Assembly (NCBI GenBank): GCA_024276605.1 | Contig: JAJRWX010000050.1 | Coordinates: 5,695 to 69,694 of the forward strand | Reading direction: 5' to 3' | Origin: Planctomycetota bacterium | Lineage (GTDB): Bacteria; Planctomycetota; Phycisphaerae; UBA1845 | Length of the DNA: 64,000 nucleotides | Part shown: piece after piece, positions 1 to 11,015 of the stretch | Layout of the letters: every line of letters begins with the position of its first letter | Numbering within the stretch: the first letter of the stretch is position 1 | Notes under the pieces: model-generated | What the model was told of the DNA's origin: nothing | Database searches by the model: none | Seen by the model: only the letters and a program-made list of their open reading frames with translations | Program-made: the position numbers and the translations under genes

Positions 1-468
1 GCCAATCAGGATCATCCATTGGATGGCCATGTCATCATCGTTGGCTATGGTCTGGTTGGTCGTGCCGTAGCGGAGTTACTGGACAGTGCCTCCATCCCCT
101 TTACATTGTTGGAGCAAAATCCTCAGACGGTTAAGACCCAACGTGCCCTAGGCCGCAACATAATCCACGGTGACGCCGTAGACACGAACACACTCGTAAC
201 CGCCGGTCTTCACACTGCCGCTGTTCTGGCACTAACCATACCTAACGAGTCAGCCGTCCTCAAGGCCATCACCATAGCCCGTCGATTGCGACCCAATATG
301 TATATCATTGCACGCACCAATTATTCTTCGATGGGCATGAAAGCAACACAACTCGGCGCCGATGATGTCATCAAAGCGGAACAAGCCGTCGCTATACATT
401 TCTACCAGATGTTAGCTGGCAGACTGCAATCATCTACCAATATACCCGACAGCAATCCCACCCCCTAA
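1..468 (+). CDS. C-terminal KTN/TrkA-N NAD-binding domain of a Kef/CPA2-type cation:proton antiporter (5' end lies outside the window)
   Basis: The frame is open from base 1 (ANQDHPLDGH...). Rossmann motif IIVGYGLVGRAV is followed by TrkA-N-like sequence. TAA stop at 466-468. Confidence 0.6.
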   Translation, partial: ANQDHPLDGHVIIVGYGLVGRAVAELLDSASIPFTLLEQNPQTVKTQRALGRNIIHGDAVDTNTLVTAGLHTAAVLALTIPNESAVLKAITIARRLRPNMYIIARTNYSSMGMKATQLGADDVIKAEQAVAIHFYQMLAGRLQSSTNIPDSNPTP

Positions 469-489
469 TGCTGTGTCACAGTATACATT

Positions 490-898
490 TAGGTGGCGCG
501 AAGACCTCTCCCTCACAGTCGCGGCTCTGATTGAACATACGTAACCCTAAGATTTAGCTGTGACGCCGCAATAGACTCACACCATCCCAGATATCGTTTG
601 AACACAAAAAAGAGCCTTTCCCAAAGAGGTAACCGTCCAAAGGCTTGCGACCCCGTAAAACAAGGTATTTCGTAACGCAACATGTGCTAAACAGCTAGTC
701 GTGGGTACGCTCCACCGAAAAAACGTCGTTTCTATCGTGTGAAGGCCTTTTTATCCTGTAAACGGTAACCAGTATCGTGCGTGTCAACTATTGTTTGACA
801 ACGTCTATTAAGAGGTGCGAAATAGGGATTGTCCCGTAAGGAGTTTGGCTTATTATAACAGCGATACAATCGGAACCGATCGGTCTTGGCGCCACCTA
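490..898. repeat. ~409-bp noncoding segment bounded by 17-nt inverted repeats
   Basis: TAGGTGGCGCGAAGACC (490-506) matches the reverse complement of GGTCTTGGCGCCACCTA (882-898) at 16/17 positions. No convincing ORF lies inside. An internal TGTCAA/TTGACA hairpin sits near 781-800. Confidence 0.3.
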
Positions 899-1162
899 GA
901 TCACGGATCGGTCACGAACCCGACCCGTCCTGGTGACATCGAAAACGCAGGTTGGTTTTCTATCTAGCGAATCATATTCATAGCTATTGGGAGGTGATCC
1001 ACCAAGGCTAGAGAATACCTTCACCACAAATAAAAAGAGGATTAGCCGCTTGGTCATCAGCGCATATTTCATCCCGTATGGCAGCGTTTATACCTACGGA
1101 TCAAGTATAGAAGCGTATTCTGTCGATTTTGATTTTCCGGAATTTAATAGGAGAACCACATC

Positions 1163-2737
1163 ATGCAAAGTATCCACAAAAAACATTTGGTCGGACTATC
1201 TTTTGTAACCTGTTATTTGCCAATTGTCGCACTAGCGTTGATTGTTGGCATGACTGCACGAGTAAATGCTCAACCTGCTTCACCGGTAGCGTTAACCGGT
1301 GAAGCAGGTTTTACTAAGGATCGGTACATCTCATTTGATCCAAGCACGAATGGAGCGTTGCTGGTCGGCTTTCGTGTCACACGTGTCGGTAACGCGGCGC
1401 CTTGGTATGTTAGTTGTTCTTTGCGCAATGACAGAGGCCCTGATGGTTATATATCCCGCTTGATTCCCATTCCCTAATACTGTGACTGGAGTGCTATCAC
1501 GGAACTCCACGTTCACGGCTGTCAAGTCGTGCCAGGTAATTTGTACGACATCGAGGCGACGGAGGATAATGTAGATTTTTCTCTTACCTTACGCGTATCT
1601 ACGACGTCGCCGACGCCCCTTCGGGAATTCGGTGATCTTGTAGGTGGTTACATTGCTGGTTTTTGGACAGCTCCAGATGGGATGGTAACTACCGACGATA
1701 GCATCGCCGTAACTAAAAAGTTAGCCCAATCACCCGATGCCCCACTGTTGGCACGTGTTGACATAGATGGACATGACGTGGACGAACGCGTTACTACGCA
1801 AGATGTCTACCGAGCAGTGGACGCTTTTAATGATGCTTCGTTTGGATTTGGTGTGACCGGATGCAGCACTGGTACATGTATCCCGGATTGCAGCCTGAAT
1901 GCCCCAGCCATGGTTTTCGATGAGGCTGGTTTTACCAAGGATAGTTATGTATCCATCGATCCCAATACCAACAGTACTGCAGCTGTGGCGATACGTGTCA
2001 CACGTGATGCTACTAATCTACCTTTGGTGGATAGGTATGTGGATTGCACCTCGTTGGAGGATAAAGGTGCGGATGGTTGGTATGCGTCGTTGATCGACGG
2101 TCCGTTGCCAGCCCCTGGTGATGCGACCTACTACTGCGATTGGAGTGGTGTAACCACCGGATTGCATATACGAGGTTGCAGTGTGGTTCCGGGGAACGAT
2201 TATCTAGTGGCTATGACTATCGATGGTGTCGAGTTTTCGTATGATGTAGTTATTCCGACAACACCAATACCATTACCACGTGAATTCGGTGATTTGGTGG
2301 GGGCATTTGTTGCCGATGCCTGGACGGCGCCGGATGGTCTTGTGACAACCAACGATATTGTGGCACCGTTGAGGAAGTTTGGGTTGGCCGCTAATGCAGC
2401 GATTTTGGCGCGAGTAGATACTGATGGTGCCGTCCCGAATGCTATCATAGCGTCGAGTGATATCCTTAGGGCGGTTCGTGCTTTCGCCGGTGACCCATTT
2501 GGCTACGATGTGACGGATTGCGTGCTGGGGCAATGTGTTCCTCCGCGGCCCGGTATCATGATATGCAGCAATGGCGGTAGATCCTGTGGGCATACTACTA
2601 TTGCTGCTGATTGCTGCCCAGGTGTGACCTGTGACCTTGTTCTGGGTGAATGCAGTAATAATGCCAATATGGCGTGTATGTCTGATGCTGATTGCTGTCC
2701 AGCATCATGTGACGCAGTTACGCAGTTTTGTGAGTAA
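1163..2737 (+). pseudogene. Secreted two-module repeat protein with a Cys-rich C-terminus, interrupted by an in-frame TAA at 1475-1477 (or a read-through gene)
   Basis: ORFs 1163-1477 and 1529-2737 share one frame. Sequence after the stop (YCDWSAITELHVHGCQVVPGNLY) aligns with module 2 (YYCDWSGVTTGLHIRGCSVVPGNDY). The TAA sits where module 2 has Tyr TAC. There is an N-terminal signal peptide, and dockerin-like FGDLVG...WTAPDG...D.DG segments occur twice. Confidence 0.6.
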
Positions 2738-2987
2738 GTTTTGATTCTCGCTTGCAGGAGAGGGCGAGTTTGACTCGCTCTCCCTGTGTAGGAACTGTGT
2801 TGTAGACAATGGCATCCATCAGACAGCGTTCGTGTTAAACCAACAACGATTTGGCTTTAGCGTTACGGATGGATGACAAGACAGCTGTATACAAGGCGTC
2901 GTATAGCCAAACGATTGTGCCGGTCCCTGTATGTTACATGCATATATGGCAGGTGAGCATCTGAAGTGCATGGCATGCGATTTTCAA

Positions 2988-3512
2988 TTACAACGAGGCC
3001 ATGTAAGCGACTAAATCGACAAGCTCCTGGTCTGAAAAATTAAATTTCCCACCTGGGTGGGGATCGCCACCTCGCAATACCGCGTCGGTTTCTTGTGTAG
3101 AATCTCCAATAATCGATGGCGCCTCGAGTGCGCAGCCGCCGGTCCCGTCAGCGCAGTGGCAGGCGCCGCAGTTGTTGGCCGTATAAATATCCTGCCCGGC
3201 TTGGACATCACCGACTAGGCTATCTAAATCGCCTCCGTCCCCGCCGTCACTATCAGGTGAACCACCGTCATTATCCGCATCATCGACATTGTCAACTTCG
3301 TCATCAACTTGGTTTTCGACTTCCCCACTGCCGGCTATTGCATTCGCAATGTCGGTCACAAAAGAATCAACCGCCGTTCGACCCGCCGCTGAAGCTAGCT
3401 GGAATAAAACTTCCTGGTAATTCGTTCCACATCCCACTAGAAATAGAAAACCAAACGGAAGGCATAACATCGTTTCGCGTATACGTTTTGAATTCGTAGA
3501 TAGGCTCTTCAT
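2988..3512 (-). CDS. Monohaem class-I c-type cytochrome lipoprotein with an acidic low-complexity linker
   Basis: Single CGACH haem motif and lipobox FLVGCG. The C-terminus (ELVDLVAYMASL) is typical of small cytochromes c. Start is uncertain: ATG at 3512, or TTG at 3542 overlapping the upstream stop. Confidence 0.7.
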   Translation of the reverse strand: MKSLSTNSKRIRETMLCLPFGFLFLVGCGTNYQEVLFQLASAAGRTAVDSFVTDIANAIAGSGEVENQVDDEVDNVDDADNDGGSPDSDGGDGGDLDSLVGDVQAGQDIYTANNCGACHCADGTGGCALEAPSIIGDSTQETDAVLRGGDPHPGGKFNFSDQELVDLVAYMASL

Positions 3513-3538
3513 CAACCATTTTCTCCACACATATGATG

Positions 3539-4111
3539 TCAATCGTCGCCGGATAAAAGTTTTCGCAGTAATACACCTTCACCAAAATGAGGATCGTGGC
3601 AGCGAGTACAGTTTTCCACTTGGTCGCCGCTATGTGCCTCTTCACTCAAATCTTCCGGCTCATCATGACATTCCACGCACGTTTCAAAGACGGTAAGTTT
3701 AAGTAGTGTGGGGTGAATGCTACGGTGCATCTCGTGGCATGTTACGCATTCGCCTGCGATAACCGGCGCATGGCCAACTTCCTTTGAAAAATACTTCGCG
3801 TGGCAATCTCGACAGGCCTCGAGCAAGGCGTCGTCTTCACGCGGCTTCATCTGATTTTCCTGAGAATGGCAGCGCAAACATTGATGCATGCGGAATGGCG
3901 GGTGGATGGATAGGTAATCACTGACCGCAACAGTCATACCGTGGGGGGGCATGGCGACAGGTATACCATCGATAGCACCGACCGGCTGTTGCTCGTCCGG
4001 GATTTCGAAGAACCAATGAGCCAGCTTATCGCGGGTATCGGTTGAACAACCCCACAAGACAAGCATGCCCACCGCACAGGTCCACGCAACCTTGCGCATA
4101 GCTGATTCCAC
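3539..4111 (-). CDS. Pentahaem c-type cytochrome lipoprotein (cytochrome c3/c7-like)
   Basis: Five CxxCH motifs (CLRCH, CRDCH, CVTCH, CVECH, CTRCH). Signal peptide with lipobox LWGCS. Confidence 0.8.
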   Translation of the reverse strand: MESAMRKVAWTCAVGMLVLWGCSTDTRDKLAHWFFEIPDEQQPVGAIDGIPVAMPPHGMTVAVSDYLSIHPPFRMHQCLRCHSQENQMKPREDDALLEACRDCHAKYFSKEVGHAPVIAGECVTCHEMHRSIHPTLLKLTVFETCVECHDEPEDLSEEAHSGDQVENCTRCHDPHFGEGVLLRKLLSGDD

Positions 4112-4358
4112 CTTTTTCTTGTCGCAGTGCGTCTGCCACGCCTTGGCACCAGTCGCTACAGTACACTTTCGTCATCATAATACAAGAGTCTTCAGTCTCG
4201 GCATTCTCTGATCCGAGAAAAAATATTTACTGATCCATGTCCGACTCCTTCGCCGACGGTAAGAAAAATGCTTTTTTTTCTTGCGACCTTGGATGCAATC
4301 GTCTATAGAACTACCGGCTTAGCTAGGCAAAGACTGTGGAAGCAATGAGAGACGTGCG

Positions 4359-6413
4359 ATGAACGGCGCGACCATCACACGAGTACCACCCCTGTTACTT
4401 ATCGCAGTTTTCGCGTTAACAGGGTCTCCGGCAGATGCTTTAGCCGAGGAAGGCAAGACCAAGCCACAAGCAACCAGCGGTTTTCTTACGCTCGATTATG
4501 GCGATGTCTATCTCGAGCTGGAAACCGAATATGCCTATACCGACATTCGGTCCCGCAGCCAACGTTTTCCCTTCGACCGCAAGCAAACGAACCGTGAATG
4601 GCGTTTCGAGGAGCGATTCGGCTTAACGCTTGGCGGCACGGTGATTGACGCTAAATTTCTGACCTATCGCGCTGACGTTAATTTCGGCCTAGTTCAGGAT
4701 CGATTTAAGTAAAGCACGAATGTTGATCACCAATCGGAAATCGATCGAGGCTACCTGCTCGAATTTGATGCCCGAGTGAATATTTTGCCCGGCGGCATAT
4801 TTTCCGGGTCAGTCTACGGCCTACGCCGCGACGATCGTATCAATCGCCGTTTCCAAACCACCTTAACCGAGCGCCGTACGAGTTTTGGGACCAGTTGGGT
4901 CTTTGCACACGATACCATGCCTATGGAACTAACCTATGATTTTACCCGCACCAGCCGCCGTGGGAATCGTGATCGTCGAGATGATGAAGAGTTCACTGAT
5001 AACGCACTGCGCTATAACGTGGATTGGCGCATTAACGAGCATCAAATTCTAAAATTTTCCTATGAACACGTGGAAAGCGAGCAACGCTATCAAGGAACCA
5101 GCCTGCGCTTTGAGACCACGCGAGACTTGATGATTACGGATCACGAATTGGCCTTCGGTGAGCAGTATCAGCACGCGCTACGCACCCGATTTCGCTGGCA
5201 AGAGGAAAGCGGCGACTTCGCGCGAGATTTATTCGAGATAGGCCCGCAACTGACGCTGTCGCATTCCGATACGTTTCAAACGATCTATAAATACCAATTT
5301 AACCGAGAACGATACGCCGGGCTGGACGTCGAAACCCAGCGATTGGACTTCCAAGCCGTGCATCAACTGTATAGTAATTTAACGACGACTTTTGATGCCT
5401 TTGCGCTGTATGAAGATATAGAAAATGACATTAACACGACACAATATGGCGCTTCGGTCGACTGGCAATACAATCGCAAGAATCGTTTCGGTCGATTTCG
5501 CGCGAATCTAGCCCTTGCGTATGACACGGAAGAAGTGGAAAGTGATGAGGGGCAACGGTTGGTGCTCGACGAGTCAGGTACTTTTCGTGACCCCATCCCC
5601 ATCACGCTGCGAAACCGCAACGTTGATGCAAGCAGTGTGATTGTCACCGATACGGGCAATCGACGTGTTTTTTCAGCCGGCATTGACTACATCGTTTTTC
5701 GACAGGATAACGTCACGCGCATCTCGCGTATACGAACCGGCCTAATCGCCGACGGCGATACGGTCTTGGTTGATTATCTGTTCAACACCCCCGCACGTGG
5801 GCAACTTGATACGGTCCGTGTGGACTTCAGCTTGGAGCAAAGATTCACCAATGGGTTAACCCCGTATTACCGCCTATCCTATCGCAATCAGGAAGATGAT
5901 GTGACGACGGGCTTCGGGCGTAGAGCCGATCGTACCGATCACCATCGCTTGGGGGTGAAATACGAAAAACAGAAATATACCTTGGATGTGGAACTCGAAA
6001 TTTTTGACGATACCATCGAGCCTTATGACGCGTTTCATATCAACGGCCTGTATCATGTCCTGCAATCTACGGATCGCACCATAGACCTATCAAGTCTATT
6101 CTCCAGGTTGTTGTTTGAAGGCGGATTTGACAATCGCAACGTGACTTTGGTTGATGTGCAGCTTGATCACCAGCGTAGAATCAGCAACACCGTATCGCTT
6201 ATGCAGCGGCTCGTCTATCGCTATGAAAGAGATTCCAGCCGGGGCATCACCCACGCCTGGGATGTATCTGCCGGGTTGGACTTTGTCGTCGGTGAGTTGT
6301 CGGGCGAACTCGTATTAGAGTACGATCGCTTGGGCTTGCCCGAATCACAGGAAGACGACTACGGGGTATTTTTCAGAGTGCGAAGAGAGTTTCCTGATGC
6401 TTTGGTGCGCTAA
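4359..6413 (+). pseudogene. Putative outer-membrane beta-barrel (porin-like, ~684 codons) split by an in-frame TAA at 4710-4712 (or a read-through gene)
   Basis: ORFs 4359-4712 and 4776-6413 share one frame, with a 21-codon stop-free linker between them. There is a signal peptide (LTGSPADALA). The sequence is rich in alternating Y/R/D/F/T residues and has no hydrophobic helices. An aromatic-rich C-terminus (GVFFRVRREF) sits close to the end. Confidence 0.5.
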
Positions 6414-6420
6414 CCAATCT

Positions 6421-7443
6421 ATGGCTACGCGGCTTTTTTGGTGCCTTTTAGTTGGCACCATAGCCAGCGGTTGTGCGCGCCCTGAAGGCACCTTATTCCC
6501 CGCACTCCAATCACCCCGCGTTTGGCCCGCGCCACCCCAGCAGTCGCGCATCGCTTATATTGGAGCCATATCCGACAGCAACGATTTACATGCTTCACAG
6601 AGTGGATGGGAAATGTTCCAAGCCGGCCTGCGCGGACCGCTACCACCCATTCGCTTTTCCGGCCCGCACGCCTTGGCGATGGGGCCTGATGGCTGGCTTG
6701 CAGTAGCAGATACATCAGCCGCAGCCGTCCACCTAATTAATATTAACACGCGCGATCATCGTATCATCGCGGGATGGCATGATGAGCGATTCGCTTCGCC
6801 GGTTGGCGTAACCTGGGTCAACCATAGACTGTTTGTAACTGATGCCCAACGGCATGAAGTCATTGAAATGGACACGACCGGCACCGTACATCGTCATTTC
6901 GGTACCGAAGATTTGCAGCGCCCCGTCGGCATCACCTTCGCCCACGCCAATCAACGCTTATATGTGGTTGACGGCGATGCACACCGAATAGCTGTGTTTA
7001 ACATGGAAGGCAAGTTGGAAAAATTCGTCGGTCAGCGTGGCACGGCACCTGGGGAGTTTAATTACCCTTCACATATCACCTCAACGGCTGATAAGCTCCT
7101 CATAGCTGACAGCGGAAACTTCCGTGTGCAGTTAATCGATTTAGATGGAAACGGCCTGCGCGTGTTCGGACAAAAAGGCGACGGTGCGGGAGATTTTTCC
7201 CTGCCCAAGGGTGTAGCCGTAGATAGCGACGGGCATATCTATGTGGTCGATGCCCATTTTGAAAACGTACAGATATTTAACCAGCAGGGTCAATTGTTAC
7301 TTTCATGGGGACAGGAAGGTAGCGGTATTGGTGCATTTATCTTGCCAGCTGGGATCGCGATCGATAGCCTAGACCGTATATGGATCGCCGATGCAGGCAA
7401 CCGCCGTATACAGGTGTTTCAATATATGAAGGCAAAATCATGA
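6421..7443 (+). CDS. NHL-repeat six-blade beta-propeller lipoprotein
   Basis: Lipobox IASGCA. Six repeats of the NHL pattern, e.g. PKGVAVDSDGHIYVVDAHFENVQIFN and PAGIAIDSLDRIWIADAGNRRIQVFQ. The gene starts 7 nt after the barrel stop. Confidence 0.8.
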   Translation: MATRLFWCLLVGTIASGCARPEGTLFPALQSPRVWPAPPQQSRIAYIGAISDSNDLHASQSGWEMFQAGLRGPLPPIRFSGPHALAMGPDGWLAVADTSAAAVHLININTRDHRIIAGWHDERFASPVGVTWVNHRLFVTDAQRHEVIEMDTTGTVHRHFGTEDLQRPVGITFAHANQRLYVVDGDAHRIAVFNMEGKLEKFVGQRGTAPGEFNYPSHITSTADKLLIADSGNFRVQLIDLDGNGLRVFGQKGDGAGDFSLPKGVAVDSDGHIYVVDAHFENVQIFNQQGQLLLSWGQEGSGIGAFILPAGIAIDSLDRIWIADAGNRRIQVFQYMKAKS

Positions 7444-9236
7444 CACGACAGGTTTCAAAACTATGCGGCATGGTGATGCTCGGCTTATTGGCTACCCTAT
7501 CGCAGGCCGACGAGTCCGTTGTAAACTCCTTGCATGACTTATCCGTGCGCGGACCGGGACCAATTAGGGCTATCCACGAAAACGAAATTTGTATTTTCTG
7601 CCATACACCGCATAACGGTGCCCCGCAAACACCACTATGGAATCGTGAAAATCCACGAACGCATTACCGCATCTACCGCAGTTCGACAACCGACGCCCGT
7701 ATCGATCAGCCGTCCGGACCATCCAAGATGTGCCTTAGTTGCCATGACGGATCGATGGCCCTGGGCAATGTGCTCTCCCGGCCCCAAACACATCCCATCG
7801 TTATGACCGCCCGCACCATTCCTCCGGGGACAGCCGACCTGAGTAACGATCTGTCCGACGATCATCCGATTGGCTTTCGTTACGACCGCGCATTATCAAA
7901 TGCCGATCCACAGATTCGGGCACCGGAACTCATCAGCAGCAAGTTGCCGCTTGGCACGCACGATGAAATGCACTGCACGACGTGTCACGATCCACACAAC
8001 AATCAGCTCGGTGATTTTTTACGCATCTCGGATCAAATGTCTGTCATGTGCATCACCTGTCACGACCTTCAAGGCTGGCCCCACGCCTCACATGCTACCA
8101 GCGGAAAACGTACCTCCGGACGGACCGTAGATCCGGTCGAGCGACTAAAATACGCCACTGTTGCCGACAACGGCTGCATCAATTGCCACAAAATTCATTC
8201 CGCCAATGAGCGAGAGAGATTGCTTCGTTTTCGCCGCGAAGAGGATGGTTGTCTGAACTGCCATAGCGGTACGATTGCCAATTTCAACATAGCCTCCGAG
8301 ATTCGTAAACGTTCCAGCCATGATCCTACGAGACGCACAGGTGTGCATGACCCTACGGAAAATACGTTGACCATGCGCCGTCATAGCGAATGCACCGATT
8401 GCCACAATCCACACGCCGCAGCCCCCAACCCCATTGGCCTGGTGCGGGGCACGCTCGGACCGCTCGTCAAAGGGCCTAATCTGCGCGTATCCGGTATCTC
8501 CATCAGCGGGCGGGAAGTCGATCACATCAGTTATAGTTATGAGATGTGCCTGAAGTGTCACGCTGACGGCGTAGCCAGACCACGATTGGTCACGTCACGA
8601 CAAGTTAGCCAGACAAACACACGACTCGAATTCCAAACGTCCAATCCATCCTTCCATCCTATCGCCGGACCACGACGAAACGCTGACGTGGTGAGTTTGC
8701 TATCACCTCTACGCGTGGGTAGTGTCATCACTTGCATCGATTGTCATAATAGTGACACGGCAAGATCCTTTGGCGGGTCTGGACCTAACGGACCGCACGG
8801 ATCTATCTATGAACCGCTGTTGGTACGCAACTACAACACAGACGATTTTACATCCGAAAGTGCACAGGCATACGCACTCTGTTATGGCTGTCACAATCGA
8901 GATAGCATTCTTGGCGATGACAGCTTCTCCCGACACCGCCGTCACATCGTCGATATACGAACGCCGTGCAGCGCCTGCCACGATGCCCACGGTATTTACC
9001 GAGGCCAGGGCAACAGCGTCAATCACGGCAGCTTGATTAACTTTGATTTATCCATCGTGCAGCCGGCCGATTCGCCGGCAGGAAGACGCATCGCCTACGA
9101 AGACACCGGACGACTATCGGGAAACTGCACGCTGACTTGTCATGGTTTTACGCATGTGACCATGCCCTATTCCAACGCCGGGCCGAGGAAATCCGCTTTG
9201 AGACCCGGTAAATTGTCACGAGGAGGCAGGCGATGA
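7440..9236 (+). CDS. Multihaem c-type cytochrome, 11 CxxCH plus 1 CX3CH (doubled-CXXCH / Geobacter-type family)
   Basis: ATGA overlap with the NHL gene stop (7440-7443). Signal peptide MTRQVSKLCGMVMLGLLATLSQA. Motifs are CIFCH, CLSCH, CTTCH, CITCH, CINCH, CLNCH, CTDCH, CLKCH, CIDCH, CYGCH, CSACH and CTLTCH. Confidence 0.85.
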   Translation: MTRQVSKLCGMVMLGLLATLSQADESVVNSLHDLSVRGPGPIRAIHENEICIFCHTPHNGAPQTPLWNRENPRTHYRIYRSSTTDARIDQPSGPSKMCLSCHDGSMALGNVLSRPQTHPIVMTARTIPPGTADLSNDLSDDHPIGFRYDRALSNADPQIRAPELISSKLPLGTHDEMHCTTCHDPHNNQLGDFLRISDQMSVMCITCHDLQGWPHASHATSGKRTSGRTVDPVERLKYATVADNGCINCHKIHSANERERLLRFRREEDGCLNCHSGTIANFNIASEIRKRSSHDPTRRTGVHDPTENTLTMRRHSECTDCHNPHAAAPNPIGLVRGTLGPLVKGPNLRVSGISISGREVDHISYSYEMCLKCHADGVARPRLVTSRQVSQTNTRLEFQTSNPSFHPIAGPRRNADVVSLLSPLRVGSVITCIDCHNSDTARSFGGSGPNGPHGSIYEPLLVRNYNTDDFTSESAQAYALCYGCHNRDSILGDDSFSRHRRHIVDIRTPCSACHDAHGIYRGQGNSVNHGSLINFDLSIVQPADSPAGRRIAYEDTGRLSGNCTLTCHGFTHVTMPYSNAGPRKSALRPGKLSRGGRR

Positions 9237-9817
9237 TCGGCGCAAAATTTCTTCTGATTAGTGTAGCCGCTGTTTGCTGCGCGATCACAGGACTCGCTTC
9301 TTCCGGCATCGAAGGGTCCAAACATGATTTCAGCGGTCAAACCGGCTCGGATGTCGATAAGTGTACGGCTTGCCACATACCGAAAAAAGATGACGCCCCA
9401 AAGGCTGCCCCACTATGGAATCAAAGAGCAGACCTTAAGAGAAGATTCAACGGCCAAGACAAACGGGTCAGCAGACCGGGAGACGGCACACGCATCTGTC
9501 TGCAATGTCACGACGGTACGATTGCCAAACCCGTCGCAGGTGGCGTCAAAACGGAACGATTTGTATACACGAAACACCCACGATTATTCACCGCTGGACA
9601 TGGCCGAAGTGACCACCCCGTGGGTGTCCTCTATCCGACCTTTAGCGATGATTTTCACCCTATCGCCACGGTGTTGTCCAAAGGGACGGTCCTATTACCT
9701 CATGGCCGGGTCGAATGCACCTCCTGCCACGACCCGCATAACCAAACTGATGCCCCGTTCATGCTCGTCCGAAGCAACGCCCGCAGCGCGCTATGTCTCA
9801 CATGCCACAAGAAGTAG
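9233..9817 (+). CDS. Tetrahaem c-type cytochrome (doubled-CXXCH type)
   Basis: ATGA overlap with the upstream stop, and AGGAGG 7 nt upstream. Signal peptide present. Motifs CTACH, CLQCH, CTSCH, CLTCH. SKHDF...C..CH.P resembles the N-terminus of the 7440 gene product. Confidence 0.8.
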   Translation: MIGAKFLLISVAAVCCAITGLASSGIEGSKHDFSGQTGSDVDKCTACHIPKKDDAPKAAPLWNQRADLKRRFNGQDKRVSRPGDGTRICLQCHDGTIAKPVAGGVKTERFVYTKHPRLFTAGHGRSDHPVGVLYPTFSDDFHPIATVLSKGTVLLPHGRVECTSCHDPHNQTDAPFMLVRSNARSALCLTCHKK

Positions 9818-9908
9818 TCATGAATGCTGCGTACTTTGGTTCCGCGCATAGACGCTTACAGCATCCTTCTTTTTTGCGTATGGCTTTTTTGAAGCCATCT
9901 TCCGGGAA

Positions 9909-11015
9909 ATGATGAGTATTGACCGCTACACAATAAAAGAGCTTGCTCTAACACGGCGTATACTCGTTTTACTGTATGTGACAACGTACTGTATGTTTTC
10001 GATGTGTGGGGGCTGTATCACTCACTCCCCCAATAAGGAACTGGTGTACTTCCCCGCCCCGCCGGCGGAACCGCATGTAGTGCATTTGAAATCGTTTAAT
10101 CGTCTTCACGATTTAGTCTCACCAAAGCTATCCTGGGTTGATCATATTCGTGGTGGGTTTGCCAGCCCCTTTGTCGCCACACCAGCCGGTATCGCCTATC
10201 ACAATCCACTTCTATATATCTGTGATACAGGCCAAGGCTATGTGCATCGTTGGAATCTACTAACGGGGCAAGCAACCCGCATTGGTGATACCGGCAATGT
10301 CACACTAGGGACACCCGTCGCCGTAGCGGTGGACGATAACCAGGATGTCTATGTGGCGGATACCAGCCGAGGCGAGGTCGTCGTCTTTGATCAAACCGGC
10401 GACATGATACATCAACTCAAACCCAAACAAGGCGAATCGATGAAGCCCGTAGCACTAGCCGTCCAAGCGGGAAAAGTGTATGTAGCCGACATCGCCCAGC
10501 ATCGCATCCTCGTATTCTCAGCGGCATCAGGCTCGTTAATCACCAGTTTCGGTGGCCCAGGCCATGCGCTCGGCGCGTTCTATTTCCCCATGGGACTAGC
10601 CACCGACCAGCATGGCCGACTATGGGTAGCCGACTCGATGAATGGCCGTGTGCAACAATTCGATCATGCCTTCAAGCCATTATCCTCTATCGGTAGTCTG
10701 GGCAATCGCTACGGTGACATGGGCAGACCTCGACACCTTGATGTCGGTCCGGACGGTGTCATCTTCGTGGCTGATACTGAATTCGCACACGTACACATGT
10801 TCGATCAAGATGGCCGATTGCTCATGCTCTTAGGAGGCCCCGAAGATCAACCTGCCGGCACACCCATGCCATTAGGCATTGCTATAGCCCGGGATGTACC
10901 TCCTCTCATTCGTGAACTGGCTCCCGCAACATTTGATCCAAAATATTACCTCTTCATCTCAAACACCGTGGGTTCACAACGCCTGAGCATCTTTGCCGTC
11001 GGAGTGAAGAAATAG
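9909..11015 (+). CDS. NHL-repeat six-blade beta-propeller (probable lipoprotein)
   Basis: Six NHL-like blades, e.g. PVAVAVDDNQDVYVADTSRGEVVVFD and FYFPMGLATDQHGRLWVADSMNGRVQQFD. The N-terminus is hydrophobic with FSMCGGC. Confidence 0.8.
   Translation: MMSIDRYTIKELALTRRILVLLYVTTYCMFSMCGGCITHSPNKELVYFPAPPAEPHVVHLKSFNRLHDLVSPKLSWVDHIRGGFASPFVATPAGIAYHNPLLYICDTGQGYVHRWNLLTGQATRIGDTGNVTLGTPVAVAVDDNQDVYVADTSRGEVVVFDQTGDMIHQLKPKQGESMKPVALAVQAGKVYVADIAQHRILVFSAASGSLITSFGGPGHALGAFYFPMGLATDQHGRLWVADSMNGRVQQFDHAFKPLSSIGSLGNRYGDMGRPRHLDVGPDGVIFVADTEFAHVHMFDQDGRLLMLLGGPEDQPAGTPMPLGIAIARDVPPLIRELAPATFDPKYYLFISNTVGSQRLSIFAVGVKK

Noticed and set aside
490-898. RNase P RNA, tmRNA or another large housekeeping RNA, suggested by the size and closing helix.
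   Set aside because: Neither strand contains the universally conserved strings GAGGAAAGTCC or ACAGAA.CCGGCTTA (RNase P), nor a tRNA-like 3' end (tmRNA).
9924-9936. The 13-mer TTGACCGCTACAC is shared between the start of the second NHL gene and the mini-ORF element at 16759-16771. It also makes the peptide DRYT recur.
   Set aside because: Dozens of chance 13-mer matches are expected in a 64-kb window on both strands. No similarity extends beyond the 13 nt.
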